Positions 24,198-53,131 of a stretch of DNA of 53,334 nucleotides are shown here, one piece after another (position 1 is the first letter of the stretch; the number at the start of each line of letters is the position of its first letter). Both the position numbers and the translations under genes were made by a program. Source of the stretch: Sphaeroforma arctica JP610 (Eukaryota); assembly GCF_001186125.1 (NCBI RefSeq), contig NW_014040209.1:1-53334 (forward strand), in the 5' to 3' direction. The notes beneath the pieces are model-generated. The model was given only the letters and a program-made list of their open reading frames with translations, did no database searches and had not been told where the DNA came from.

Positions 24198-27100
24198 ATG
24201 TCAGGCGAAAGAGGTTCGAAAACGCCCGCCGGCAAACTAAGGGCTTTGCTGGCGGATGCTGAGAAGAATAAGAAGGCCATGGGAATGCCCTGCTGTTTCG
24301 ATGCATTGAGCGCTGGGTTGATCGAGCGCGAGGGGTTCGAGGCAAGTCTGGTGCTCAACTACATACGAATCTTACCCTGAAATGACTAATCTACACTAGT
24401 TTGGTAATGAACGGTATCATTTATCGTGATTGTTTTTCGTATAGTTGTTTGAGTTTAACGGTAGTCCGAACATGGTCAAGGTTTAGAGGTGCCTGGATAT
24501 CGATGATTTAGTGGCGGAAGTTAAGTTATTTGTGTGTGTGGCAGAGTCGTGTAATTTGTTTGCCGAGGCCCATCACCAGTGCACTGCTTATATCAGAGTA
24601 CGGTATTGCGTTATTAAACATTGACAATACTGTGTAGCGGACTTGTGTAGTAGGTAATATATATGTATGTTGTCACTTTTGCGTCTTCACATATGTTCGC
24701 CAGAACACGCGCATCGCACAATTATTGGTCATTTAAACGTGTGCATACTGCCTACCTTGTACATTCCGTATACCTATCTCTCCTAATACATTATTTTTGT
24801 TTTATCACTGCGGGTTACCATTTCATAACCCTGTTGATAGATCTCTAGAATTTGAACTTCACCTTCCGGTAGGCAATGCAGACCCCAAGTTGCGGTGTCT
24901 GATTTCGACTTGATTGAACACTACCAGCACACATACGTAAGAACTATCATAGTTTCTCTGTTGAGAAGGGGGAGGGGGGGTGGGGGTATTTAATTAGATA
25001 TAGAACAAATTAAGCTCTAGGCTTTACCGGTCTCATCAGAAACCCCGTACTATGACGATGAGTCTTCGTGCATCGATCTCTGACCATACAGCGTATATAC
25101 ACTCGTTTACCGCTACATATCTTGACCTATGACAGCCTTCCACAATGATCGATGTGCAGTCGAGATACTTAGTAAACAACAGTGTTATTAGACTCTGTTC
25201 TAACAAAGCTCCACGCGATTTCACTAATAAATGTATTCTGCGCAGTTAACTTTCATGAGCGGTTTTGGTGTTAGCGCCTCTCTACTAGGGCTTCCCGATA
25301 CACAACAGGTGAGAAAAAAACCCTACTTTTCTACTGAAATACATTCCCTTGTCACTGAAATTCATGTTCAATGCGATAAACAGTTACGTATATTTAGTCA
25401 GGCGCTTACGTTTGGTGCATATTTGCCACTCATCTGCTACAATGTATTCCCTTGTCAGTGCACTTTATTTTTGTGATAAATACTTATACATGTTCAGTGC
25501 GATGAATAGTATGTATGTTTATTCAAGCGCTTACCTTTTGTGTATGATTTCCACTCACTTGGTGTATTATATTCTCTTGTCAGTGCACTTTATTTTCAAT
25601 GTGATAAATACTTAAACATGTTCAATGTGACGAATAGTATGTATGTTTATTCAAGCGTTTACCTTTTGTGTATGATTTCCACTCACTTGGTGTCTTATAT
25701 TCTCTTTTCAGTGCACTTTACTTTCAATGTGATAAATAATTATCCATGTTCATTGCGATAAACAGTTACGTATATTTATTCAGGCGCTTACGTTTGCTTC
25801 ATATTTGCCACTCATCTGCTGCAATGTATTCCCATGTCAGTGCACTTTATTTTCAATGTGCTAAATACTTATACATGTTCAATGCGATGAATAGTATATA
25901 TGTTTATTCAAGCTCTTATCTTTTGTGTATGATTTTCACTCACTTGGTGTATTATATTCTCCTGTCAGTGCACTTTACTTTCAATATGATAAAAAATTAT
26001 ACATGTTCATTGCTATATATAAATATATATATATATATATATAATTATTCGACCGCTCACCCATAGCCTACTATTGTCTCTTGTATAAGGCTATGGCTCA
26101 CCTTTGGTATATGAATAGTACTATTCTGTTGACCAAATCTATTTTCTCATCATGTTGCGTGATCCTATTTCAAGGTTATTGCACGTATCGGGCGTAGTGT
26201 ATATGATCTCAATCCATTCAATTAACCTTTTCTTAGATCTCAATGAATGAAATGGTCACCACCGGTACTAACATATGCAGCCGAGTCAAAATTCCAGTCA
26301 TCGGAGATGGCGATACTGTATGTAAATACATATTCGTTGCTGTGCACAACATTTCTGTGGATTTGAAGCGTACACCTGTATTGCTTAAGATTGGGGACAA
26401 CAGTTTATTTAATCGTCATGCCTTCAAATTGACTACATCTCACTGTAATCAACCCCGTACTGCTGTGTATCACATTAATGTACTTCATACTACACTTCCT
26501 CGGATTGATAGCGTGCCCGATTGTACTTTCTTGGATAAACATAGGGCTACGGCAATGCAATCAATGTCAAGAGGACGATACGGGCGTACGCACAGGCAGG
26601 ATTCGCAGGGATCATGCTAGAGGACCAGGTAACCCCTCTCAGATGTGTAGCGACTGTGGTGTGCTATCGTTCGAACTACTGCCCTCGAACATGTGTTGCT
26701 GGCCTCATCTGTTTATTAGCCGTGTCCTAATAAATGTCACTTGCTGATGTACGAGTCTTGTATGAAACCTGGGCTCATTCAACGGTATGAACCCTGGGCT
26801 CATTCAACCGTGTGAACCCTGGGCTCATTCAACGGTATGAACCCTGGGCTCATTCAACCGTATGAAACCTGGGCTCATGCAACCGTATGAACCCTGGGCT
26901 CATTCATCCGTATGAACCCTGGGCTCATTCAACCGTATGAACCCTGGGCTCATTCAACCGTATGAACCCTGGGCTCATTCAACCGTATGGACCCTGGGCT
27001 CATTCAACGGTTTCAGTGAACGGCTTGTGGCACCAGTAACGCGTGCACTTTCTCATATTGACACAAACGCGCAGGTCTCCCCTAAACGATGCGGACATAC

Positions 27101-27314
27101 CAAGGGAAAGTCAGTCGTCTCCAGAGAAGAGGCTGTGCTGCGTATCAAGGCCGCTTGTGATGCAGTATGTTAAACGGACNNNNNNNNNNNNNNNNNNNNG
27201 TGTGTGTGTGTGTGTGTGTATATATATATTTATTATTATTTATATGTATATATATATATATATATATTCTGTATGTATGTATGTATGTATGTATGTATGT
27301 ACGTATGTATGTAG

Positions 27315-27345
<31 letters not shown>

Positions 27346-28701
27346 CATATATATATCAGAAATACTCACACAATTAACAAACGGCCGTGTCACCCTCTAT
27401 CGAACACTGAATGTATGAGTAGTCACCTATACTTGATAGTGCGCAAGCTACCTAACCCGTAGTCCAATCAACCATCTATGAACTGATTTATCTTGTATTT
27501 CAACGTGGTTACTGACCAATTGTACATACGTAAATATGGCCCTGTCGCGCCCAGGAGGCTGTTAGAGACGAACAAGAGATGGAACTGTTCTGCAACTCAA
27601 TACCGGGTAAGTGAATATACGTCATCGTACATCTGCGCACACCTCATGCCAGACGAACTGTGCGTTACAGGCGTGCCTGGGTAAACCATACTCAGTACTT
27701 GCGTAAGAGGTTTGCTTATGCATACAGACACGGAAAAATATTCATTCCATGCTGAAAAGAGTTGGAATTTATTTATAACGATCGAGAGGGATGAACCACT
27801 GATGACTCAGCGGCGAGAATACTTTACGCATCCTGCTTGTTTATAAATTAAAAATTGACAGGTTACAAGATGGCGAATCTCATAGAGGGAGGGCTTACAC
27901 CCCTGCTCTCACAGTCACGACTGGGTGAAATCGGTTACTGCCTCGCAGCGTACCCTATCACTCTGTTATCGGCTGCTCTCAAGGTAAAGTCTTTGCATCA
28001 ACAAGCTACAGTAGTGTCTGCATCACTAGGATTTCCTGAATATAGTTTATCTGCATTTAAATAGATACCTCAGGTGTGAGAGATTCACATCAAGAAGACA
28101 GAAATGGGTATTTGATTGCACCAATGAGGTCACAAAAGGCTATACATTTGCCTCAATAAGCTGAAAGCGAGTTTTCGCCACAACAATTTAATCGAAGAAA
28201 AGTCTTCGCTTTTCAAAAATCGGTTAAATATGTTGAAGTGGGTAGCGCTACGAAGCCTGACAGATTGCGAGAGGGTGGATCAACCCCAGCCCCTTCTTGC
28301 AGCCAAAGGTGCTGATTCGATACACAGCAGGAGAGATACATGTGCCGTGCAAAGCTAGTTTATTGTCCACACACACGGCCCTTTGAGAGCAAATCCGATG
28401 ATATGTAGAACCGTATTGCATTCCATTGCATAGTGAAGTTTGTATTTATAGCATTCGCATTCACAATGTACGCATGTCGTTTAATATAGTCTATTATAAT
28501 TTGTGGTTTCGCATGTGCTTAATACAGGGCATGACTTCGTCTCTGAAGGCCATCAAGGACGGAGGTGATCCCAACGACCTGAGGGACCGTAGTAAGAACC
28601 CCATTCTGACTTTTGAAGAGGTGAAAGACATAGTGGGATTCACAAGCTTTTATCAGGAAGAAGTTAAGTATGCCCCAGCTGGTACCAGCACAGATAAATA
28701 A
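24198..28701 (+). CDS. Isocitrate lyase/PEP mutase superfamily lyase (2,3-dimethylmalate lyase / methylisocitrate lyase / carboxy-PEP mutase-like)
   Basis: Exons: 24198-24341 (MPCCFDALSAGLIEREGFE), 25246-25308 (LTFMSGFGVSASLLGLPD), 26237-26317 (IPVIGDGDT), 26545-26628 (GYGNAINVKRT..IMLEDQ), 27075-27164 (PKRCGHTKGK), 27555-27606, 27862-27983 (MANLIEGGLTP) and 28528-28701. All junctions are in phase. The ARTDA/GAD segment is not visible and is probably in the N gap at 27180-27199. Confidence 0.92.
25345..26012. repeat. Intronic ~128-bp tandem repeat x5 with two subtypes
   Basis: TCAGTGCACTTTA recurs at ~128-bp spacing, and the internal variants follow an A-B-B-A-B order. Confidence 0.88.
26761..27011. 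repeat. Intronic 25-bp minisatellite x10
   Basis: TATGAACCCTGGGCTCATTCAACCG tandem units. Confidence 0.95.
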
Positions 28702-31586
28702 ACAGACATATTTCACACGCTATATGTATGTTCCTCAGGCTCTGCTAGACTACTAGCTAACGCCGCTGAAAGGCAAAAGTATCCTGTTATTCGAGGAATC
28801 AAGGCACATCTTTCCTCTCGGAAAAAAATCCAGTAGAGAGTGCATATATAACAGATACACTCTCACGCGTTCGTGATGGCATTATCAAGTCATAAATATC
28901 ACTAGTTTAGAATTAGATCTCCCACTCACCCAGTCTCCCACACTCCGCTCTTTTAAAAAGTCTTCAACCGTGAGGTTTGCACTGTGCTGAGTGCTGTGAG
29001 TCTGTGACTGTGGACTGTGACTGTGCCAGACGGCCAGTGTGGACCTTGCGGCTTGCAGTTGACAGCTGTCAGCTGTGTAGAGTGTGACTGACTGGCTGTG
29101 TAGTGTGTGACTGACTGGCTGTGTCCTGTCACTGACTCACTGTAGGCACCGAAATATGCATGGAACTATTTAACAGGCGTCATGGGCGTCCTTTGCAATG
29201 AAGGCGTTATTGTGACGCCCAGGATCACATTTATTTATCATGACATTCTTTTCAGTCATGATTCAAGAACTTTATATTTTTTTACCAAATCATATGTATT
29301 TAAAAATATTTATTTTAATTTATGTTTTTTGTTGAAAAACATTTTTTTTAATTTTCTAATCAAGGTGCTTTCCAAGGAGTCCGTGGGCATGTAGGACTTG
29401 CTTTTGGCCACCTCTCACTTGCTTGTAACCATGCGACCTATTATAGAAGCATTCAACTCTCTTGCTTGTATCCAAGGAATACATGCAAACATAAATAAGA
29501 GAGCTGGATATAGACGATGCGTCAGAATTCAAAGAAAGATGAACAGCTACAAGAACATTCTGCCGCCAGGGTACGAAGCTGATTCGTCCCGTCTTGTCCC
29601 GAAAAATCTGTCGGGGCACGCACCGCTTTCCAGTTTAGATCTGGATTACAACGACAACGAAGATGCGTTTGAAAAGTTACAGTTATTTGGCCGGGAAACA
29701 GGAGCTCATACCAAGTGGTCGTGGCAGTGTGTGAATGCTATACTGTCATGTGCAAGTGTCAATGCCATTATGACATTAGTGGGGTTGAACTGTATTGTCG
29801 GGCTGCTGTGCATCAACTGTACGTTCTCGATTCTTTTGTTTAATAGTGTCTTCTCAATCGCATCGTTCAATAGCTATCTCAGTATTGAATGTTCGCAGGG
29901 CTCTATGGAAATCTGTATTTGAACCCCCATGTTTCATTTACAATCGAAATGGCCCTTAAGTAGCAAATGAATCAATGCGTAGCGCCTGGCTATTCGCACT
30001 TTTTTTGCTATCCCTAAATGCGCGAATAGCGAATATATCTACCTGTTCCCAGTACAGTGTGTATCTATGAGGCTACGAGACGAACAATCAGAAGAATTCG
30101 GTTGAAAATAGCACATGCATGGTCCCATGTGACCATATTTCACAGTATAGGCGACACATTGGGTTCACTTGGAGGATGTCTTTAAAATGAATTTATATTA
30201 TATACTCGACCTTTCCCGACATATGCAGATATAAACCCTTTCCTTGGTCATCAAGTGCACATTATGATTTTGTATTGATAATCGAATGCTAAGTTGGCGG
30301 AATCTGCCTTCTCGCATTCAACTTGAACTGATGCATCAGTAGACAGTGATATAGACCGAAGCAATAGTGAGCGGCAGCACAAGGTGCTGGGTATGGAATG
30401 GATTCGGCACTGCGTTGAACTCTTTTTGAATTTTCTTTTACTGTCCTGTGAAATTCGACCTTGGTTGCAAAGAATCCAGTTCCATGACTGCAGTGTTGCA
30501 AGAAAAAATTTAAAATCTTACAATACTTCTTCAGCTTGAGGTAGAATCTATAACTCATACATCAAGCACAATTCTGACACAAATAACGGAGCATCTCTAC
30601 TATGAATTGAAGACTACATTGATTTTGTCTGAGTATATTAAGTTTGCTGACTAGATATAATGTGCGTGAGATTGTGTAGTGTAGAGTATGTGGTAGAATG
30701 CTTGGGGCTTGACATTTTAATCGTATATTTTCCCGGATTTTATGGGGATTACTTCAAGAAGTGATGGATAATTAAAACACAAGTAACGACTGAACTAACC
30801 GTATCAGGCTACCCACACGATCTTTACATTCTACATAGCTTCTACATAACAATCATCCATCCTGCGTGTGGTGTGAGATTTAATGTGTGCGCGAAATTGT
30901 AAACTCAGACACTCTTGTTACACGTATTGGCCATGTGAGTTACGTGTCAATTGGGAACACAAAAGTCGGTGGACAGTATTTAGTGAGTAAATACTAATAA
31001 ACAGGACTACTATAGAGTAGACACTAGACAGTAGACACTATTAGTATTTAGTACTATAGACTATAGTAGATTGTAGACAACCCGTACATTCTATTCACTA
31101 CGTCCCGACCAATCAAAAGGACGCTTTAAAATACCGGTATTGTTGGCTAAGAAGTGTACAACAGAGGGTTTTGTAGGCGATTAGGCGTGGTCGCGTGGGT
31201 CCAAACTCACTTATACATGAATACATTTCGTGATTTTTGAAGTGTTGGCTGCAGGCTGTAGAGTGTAGACTGTAGAGTGTAGGCTGACGCCTGTGACGAG
31301 GCGGACGAGTGAATGCTGCAGCCTATCTGTAGGTGTATAGTAGGCTGTAGCTTATAGCAGTGCTGTGTAGGTCGTAGTATTAATAGGCGTAGTTTTTGAA
31401 CACAATATTTGGTGATGTGACGGAAAGATCAAAAAATAGGGAACATGAAATTGTCACAATTGTGTCATCAAAAAGGTTTGTCTATACTAAAACATAAATT
31501 TCCGATGATACGTCCGTCGTCAGATGGAAATAAATAAATATTCTGCACCAGCAGAGGGCGCTTTCATTTCAATATTAATGGTATGA

Positions 31587-31742
31587 CATCGGTATTGTGG
31601 GTATTGATATTGATATTGGTACATAACTCTATATAGATATTGGTAAATATTGGTATTGGTATCGGTATTGTGGGTATAGGTATTGGTATGGTATTGGTTT
31701 GGTATTGGCATCGGTATTCGTATTGGTAGTGATATTGGGCAT
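31587..31742. repeat. GGTATT/GGTATC low-complexity array, possibly a subterminal array from a non-autonomous hAT element
   Basis: Repeated (G)GTATTG/ATCGGTATT units immediately upstream of the F-box gene. Confidence 0.55.
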
Positions 31743-31815
31743 TGTTATGGTCCACAGGTCACGCCGTCAAAGTTGAGGCGAGTATGAAAAGCCTATTGGT
31801 ATTCGAATCAACAGG

Positions 31816-33824
31816 ATGATGGTTACTCGTCGTCAAGTACGCCGACAAGTACGGGCAAATAGATACGCCCATCACGCGGTGGTGATTGCCGGCGTGTGTG
31901 TGCCTCCGGACGTGTGCATGCGGATTCTAAGTGACCTGGACACTGAATCGCTGATAGAGTGCAAGCTGGTTTGCAAGGCGATGTATAATGTGGCCAATAA
32001 GGTACCCCTGAAAACACTCCCAGAAAAGTATGTTAGTATTGGAGAATGGGTTCTATTGTGCATGTGGCGAATATCCACAGTTATATTCTATACTGCTGAA
32101 ACCGTTGCGTTTAAATGCTTGCTTCGTTGGTGTATGAGTTGCCCTTGTCAGTGTATATAGTATCTATATCATCACGTGTTATACGATATTATATGTTGTT
32201 TAGACAGGATGTGAAGGACGACACACCTGTACCGACCAGGCACTTTCAATCACAGCCGCATCATTGGTTGGTCAATACTTCGAAATTCCCCTGTTTGCAT
32301 TAACTGGGAGGTCACTGGCCTACTCCACAATTCGCAGTAGCTTGCAGTAGTTATAAAAACTGCGATAGAAGATAGGGAGTAAGAATATTCTTGCTCGTTT
32401 CATTTTGTCAGTGTACAGTATATTACCGTCATATGAGTTGTGACACGCTTAACTTTTCGCAAACCATACGGATATGTAAGCTGTCTTGATAAAGTTTTTA
32501 AGGACGGCACGCTTGTACGTTCGTTGTGTGTTGAATGCTCAGCAAGCCTTTGTATTGTGTACTGCGTCGTTGTCTTTTCATTCTCGGCGACCGTGCGTAC
32601 GCATTCATAGCAAGAAAGATTTTTCTGCAATTTTCATATACTTTGCGTTTCAAGATAAGATGAGATATTGCTTGTGGGCGAACAAGAATAGCAGATGATA
32701 CAAAATCCTTGTCAAATTGTTATGAGTTCTCTTACTTGATTGCTAACGCAACCGGGGAAGGATGCTTATGACGAGGTATATAAACGCGCTCATAGCTATT
32801 TGTACACATGTGTGTGGTCCTATACATTCGTCTCATTAACCAACCAACTACAAACATGCACGGTTTCCAATACAGACTTATCGGAGGGAGAAAAATACTG
32901 CCGAAACGACAGCCACAGATACTCAGCCTGTTACGCCATACTCCTCGGCTCGAAGTCCTCGATATCAATTTCAACACGTGGAAGAATACACTTCGGTCCA
33001 AAGGCAAACTCACCAGGACTGCCAGACTCATACCCCATTTGCGCACCCTGAGCTGTGGCTTTATGTCGCCCGACCAGCTCTATTCCATGGACGACTACAT
33101 TTTAAATGTAGTGCATTTTCTCAAACTGCTTCCCTTAGTGTCCTCGTGGGAGTTCTGGCAGTGGCAGGTGGGTGATTTAGACCTCTTGGATCTGCAGAAC
33201 CTGACTTACATAGACGCTCACAAGTGCCGCTTAGGTAGTCTGAAGTCCAATTCACTCCGTCAAGTACACGCACGGAACCTTCATCCGGGGATCAACGTAC
33301 AGAGCTTACTACACGATTGCCCAGCGCTAGAGGTCTTGACACTGGATGGACATGTCCTCGACTACCCGCTGGTTAGTACACGACTGCGGGTGTTACGTGT
33401 GAAGTGCATCGGTCTTGAAAGTGCACTCGTGGGGTGCACTGTCTTGGAGACTTTGGAATTGGACCGCCAACAGGGCACGGTGCTTCCGCGATGCCTATCG
33501 ATCCGTAATCTGAAGATACACTTTGCAATTAATATACACAGGCTGCTAGCAAGTTGTCTTATAAGGCACCTGAGCTTGTTGGACCTGCCGACAAGCTTGC
33601 TGTATAGGCCTCATGTGCTTCCGCCCGGCTTACTTTACTTGAGAGTCGCAGGGTTGGATGTAGAGTATCCCCTCAGCCAGAAGGCACTGAACGTAGCCTC
33701 AGACACCACATTTATCTATATATTAACTCCTGATTCGGAAACCATGAGAGACTACGACCATATGCCCGTGAGCGATTTTTGGCGAAGAATACGAAGAGCC
33801 TGGCCGTTCAAATCGTCGATATAG
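31816..33824 (+). CDS. F-box protein with C-terminal leucine-rich repeats
   Basis: Exon 1 (31816-32027) has an F-box motif (VPPDVCMRILSDLDTESLIECKLVCKAMYNVA) and ends at AA|GTATGT. It joins in phase at CAG|A (32876) to a 949-nt exon with LRR-like units (TPRLEVLDI, LQNLTYIDA, CPALEVLTL, CTVLETLEL, LPPGLLYLRV). Product ~386 aa. Confidence 0.82.
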
Positions 33825-33952
33825 ATGTTCGAGCGTTTGCCGTAGTACAACATGCCAACGCAATGAAAGGAAAGTTTCAGCTCCGCCGCGTATGAGACGA
33901 CATAGAGTGGTTTCATGTATGGTATGTCAATAGTCTCGGGCAATCTTAAATT

Positions 33953-34490
33953 CTGAACCTGGTGACTTGTACTGAACCTGGTCACTCGTACTGAACCTGA
34001 TCACTCGTACTGAACCTGATCACTCGTACTGAACCTAGTGACTCATACTGTACCTGGTCACTCGTACGGCACATAATGACTTGTACTGAACCTGGTCACT
34101 CGTACTGTACCTGCTCACTCGTACTGTACCTGGTGACTCGTACGGCACATGATGACTTGTACTGAACCTGGTCACTCGTACTGAACCTGGTCACTCATAC
34201 TGTATCTGGTCACTCGTACGGCACATGATGACTTGTACTGAAACTGGTCACTCGTACTGTACCTGATGTGACTTGTACTGAACCTGGTGACTCGTACTGA
34301 ACCTGGTGACTCGTACTGAACCTGGTGACTCGTACTGAACCTGTTGACTCGTACTGTACCTGGTGACTCGAACTGTACCTGATGCGACTTGTACTGAACC
34401 TGGTGACTCGTGCTGCACATGGTGACTTGTACAGAACCTGGTCACTCGAACTGTACCTGGTGACTCGCACTGAACCTTGACTCGTACTGC
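33953..34490. repeat. 19-bp minisatellite (TGACTCGTACTGAACCTGG), ~28 copies
   Basis: Directly visible tandem array, with recurring variant units (..GTACGGCACATGA..). Confidence 0.95.
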
Positions 34491-36905
34491 ATTGATACTA
34501 AGCGTCGGCTCTATTGATCAGAACACGTCTTCAGCGGCGGTTGTCACTGTCTCAACTGTGCAAGCTCTGATTCGAGACAAGGATGTGTCACATGCTTCAC
34601 CGGAAGTTAGAATCGCTTGCTAGCCTTGTGGGGATGTTTTGGAGAGACGTGACGTTGTATGGATTATCCTGAGATAGACGGGGTATTCACTATTCAGTAC
34701 CTAATAGTATAACACGGGCTTGTTCCGTTCTCTGATGTACCGGACAATGTCTAACACTCCGATTGCTGTATGTGCTCACAAACTCTCGACAAGGTCTGCG
34801 GAGATGTGTACCCGCCAGAAACCATTGGCAGTTATAAAGCTCTTGTTTCCTCCGTTCCGTAATGTGCGCCGAGGCTGAAATCGCAAGCGCGCCCTGACTA
34901 TATAGAGACGCGCGCACTAGAGGTCCACCCATGGCCCAAATGAGCATACCCGCCAAAACAAATACGGGTTCAAAGCGTTAAGCGTGAGCGAACACTTGGC
35001 CCTATTTGCTACACGTGAGATGCGATAACATTCAGTCAGAAAAGGTCTGCGTTGAGGAGACTGCCCATGGGTCAAGTGAGCATACCCGCCAAAACATATA
35101 CGGGGTCACAGCGTTAGAGAACACTTGGCCCTATTTGTTACACGTCAGATGCGATAACATTCAGTCAGAAAAGATTTGCGTTAAGGGGACTGCTGCATGC
35201 ATGCTATTTGGAGCTATGGGGAAAAAAATGCGACGGAGATGGTGAGGTAACATATGAAAGCAAGCCAATCAGGAAATAAATTAACTACTACCTGCGCCTA
35301 CAAGGCAGGTTTATTACAAAAGTACTTTTTAAATGAGGTTGCTTCTTTGGTCACGGAAAACATGGCCCCCAAGACCATTAGCGCAATAATGAGTTGTTAC
35401 AGCGGCGTTATAGAGGAGTGCAATTACTTGGTGAAGAACGTGATGTCCCCATATTCCGATTGGGGTCTGAGTCATGAACAATCCGTGTTTGCATACTACG
35501 ATCTGAATACGTTATGTGCATATATCAACACGCATTACTGACAGGCACCAAGCAACGTGTTGTGACGATAGTTGGAGCGAATTGGCTTTATTTCTCTGAG
35601 TAATTCCACTTCGTCGGATCCAACGCGGGGCTCACGGACCCCGCTCGCCATCGTGACTTCCGATCATAAACGCTTTTAAAACGTTTTTACTACTACTTGC
35701 AGTAACTGCAAACTTCGTATTCTCGATGCAGATTTGCAATTGAGATTGAATTGTATGTAAATGCAGGACATACAATACAGTGTATATTTCCGTGAATGCT
35801 CGGAACATCTGGTCTCCCACAATTATCACGATTCTTCCGTAACATTTCCTCTCACAGTTAAAGTGATCTAAATAAGCTTCGAAAGTGTCAGTGAGTGAGC
35901 GATTCGGACGAGCAACCGCAACCCACAGTGCAGCTTCCACATTCCTATAAACTTCAGTACAGAACACAAGGCACCAAGTTAGGGAACACAACTTAGCGTC
36001 TACCGATGCTCATTCCGGTAAACTTGATGCGACCCTCTTTCCCCTTGCCGCCCGCCCCCCCACAATCCCTCTCGCTTCAAGTATAGTCGCACGAAATTCA
36101 TCTCATAAGCCAATGCAGTCTGGTTGCTGCTATCTACACTACACTGATGATCCTCTACTGTGCGACTGATGTCTCCTGACGACGGGGTTGCGCTGCTTCA
36201 CAGCCACTTAACGCCATACTAAACGAGTTACAGCCACTCCACACTATATTAAACGAGTTAAAGCCAACGAGTTAAAGCCACTCAGCGCCATAGTAAACGA
36301 GTGGGATGTGTTGGCTACACCCACATGATCCCTCTGTCCCTCAGAGGTACAGCATCGTGCCACATCTCTGTCTCAAGCAAGCATGCCGCCGATAGAACGC
36401 CCCACGCGCGAGTGCCTTTAACGACTCGGCGCGTGACCCATTGGCTGTAGGCGCTGCTGGGAGACTTGCCAACGTGGCATTAACACGTGGACACACTGCG
36501 GCTCACACTGTGGAGGTCAGATGTGCCAGGTGATGAACTCACATCGTGATAGACTCTCTAGCCACGCGTCTGTGGTTTGATTTCGATTGAACAAAGGAGT
36601 TGAGGTAAACAGCTCGGGTGTCGTAAACATGTCGGTTGTCGTAAATGTTTTGGTTGTCGAAAACAGTTCGGTGGCGGCGCAGTGCATTCTCCGTCGACGT
36701 CAATGTGAGATGACAAAGCCACCGACAATGTATCACAACAACTCAAGTCTCAGGTGCAATCCTAAACTATGTTGCACGTCCCATAACGCCCGAGAATGTG
36801 CTGATATAACCGTACGACAGTGCCCGTACGACAGTGCACGCTTGTGTCCAAGCACAGGACCATATAATCAGACACGACATGGAATACACGCAGCCTGAAA
36901 TGCCA

Positions 36906-53131
<16,226 letters not shown>

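Noticed and set aside
26761..27011. Regular 25-bp repeats, and the 19-, 77- and 100-bp arrays, as CRISPR candidates
   Set aside because: Units are head-to-tail with no unique spacers, lie in or near eukaryotic genes, and no cas genes are present.
29356..30600. Fragments weakly resembling a hAT C-terminal domain (29398-29700) and an HSP70-like stretch (MELDSL, ~30480)
   Set aside because: The similarity is too short and interrupted by stops to support a call without a database search.
31548..31561. Perfect CTCF-type motif CCAGCAGAGGGCGC
   Set aside because: CTCF is restricted to bilaterian animals and this is a single 14-mer, so it is most likely chance or a TE-derived motif.
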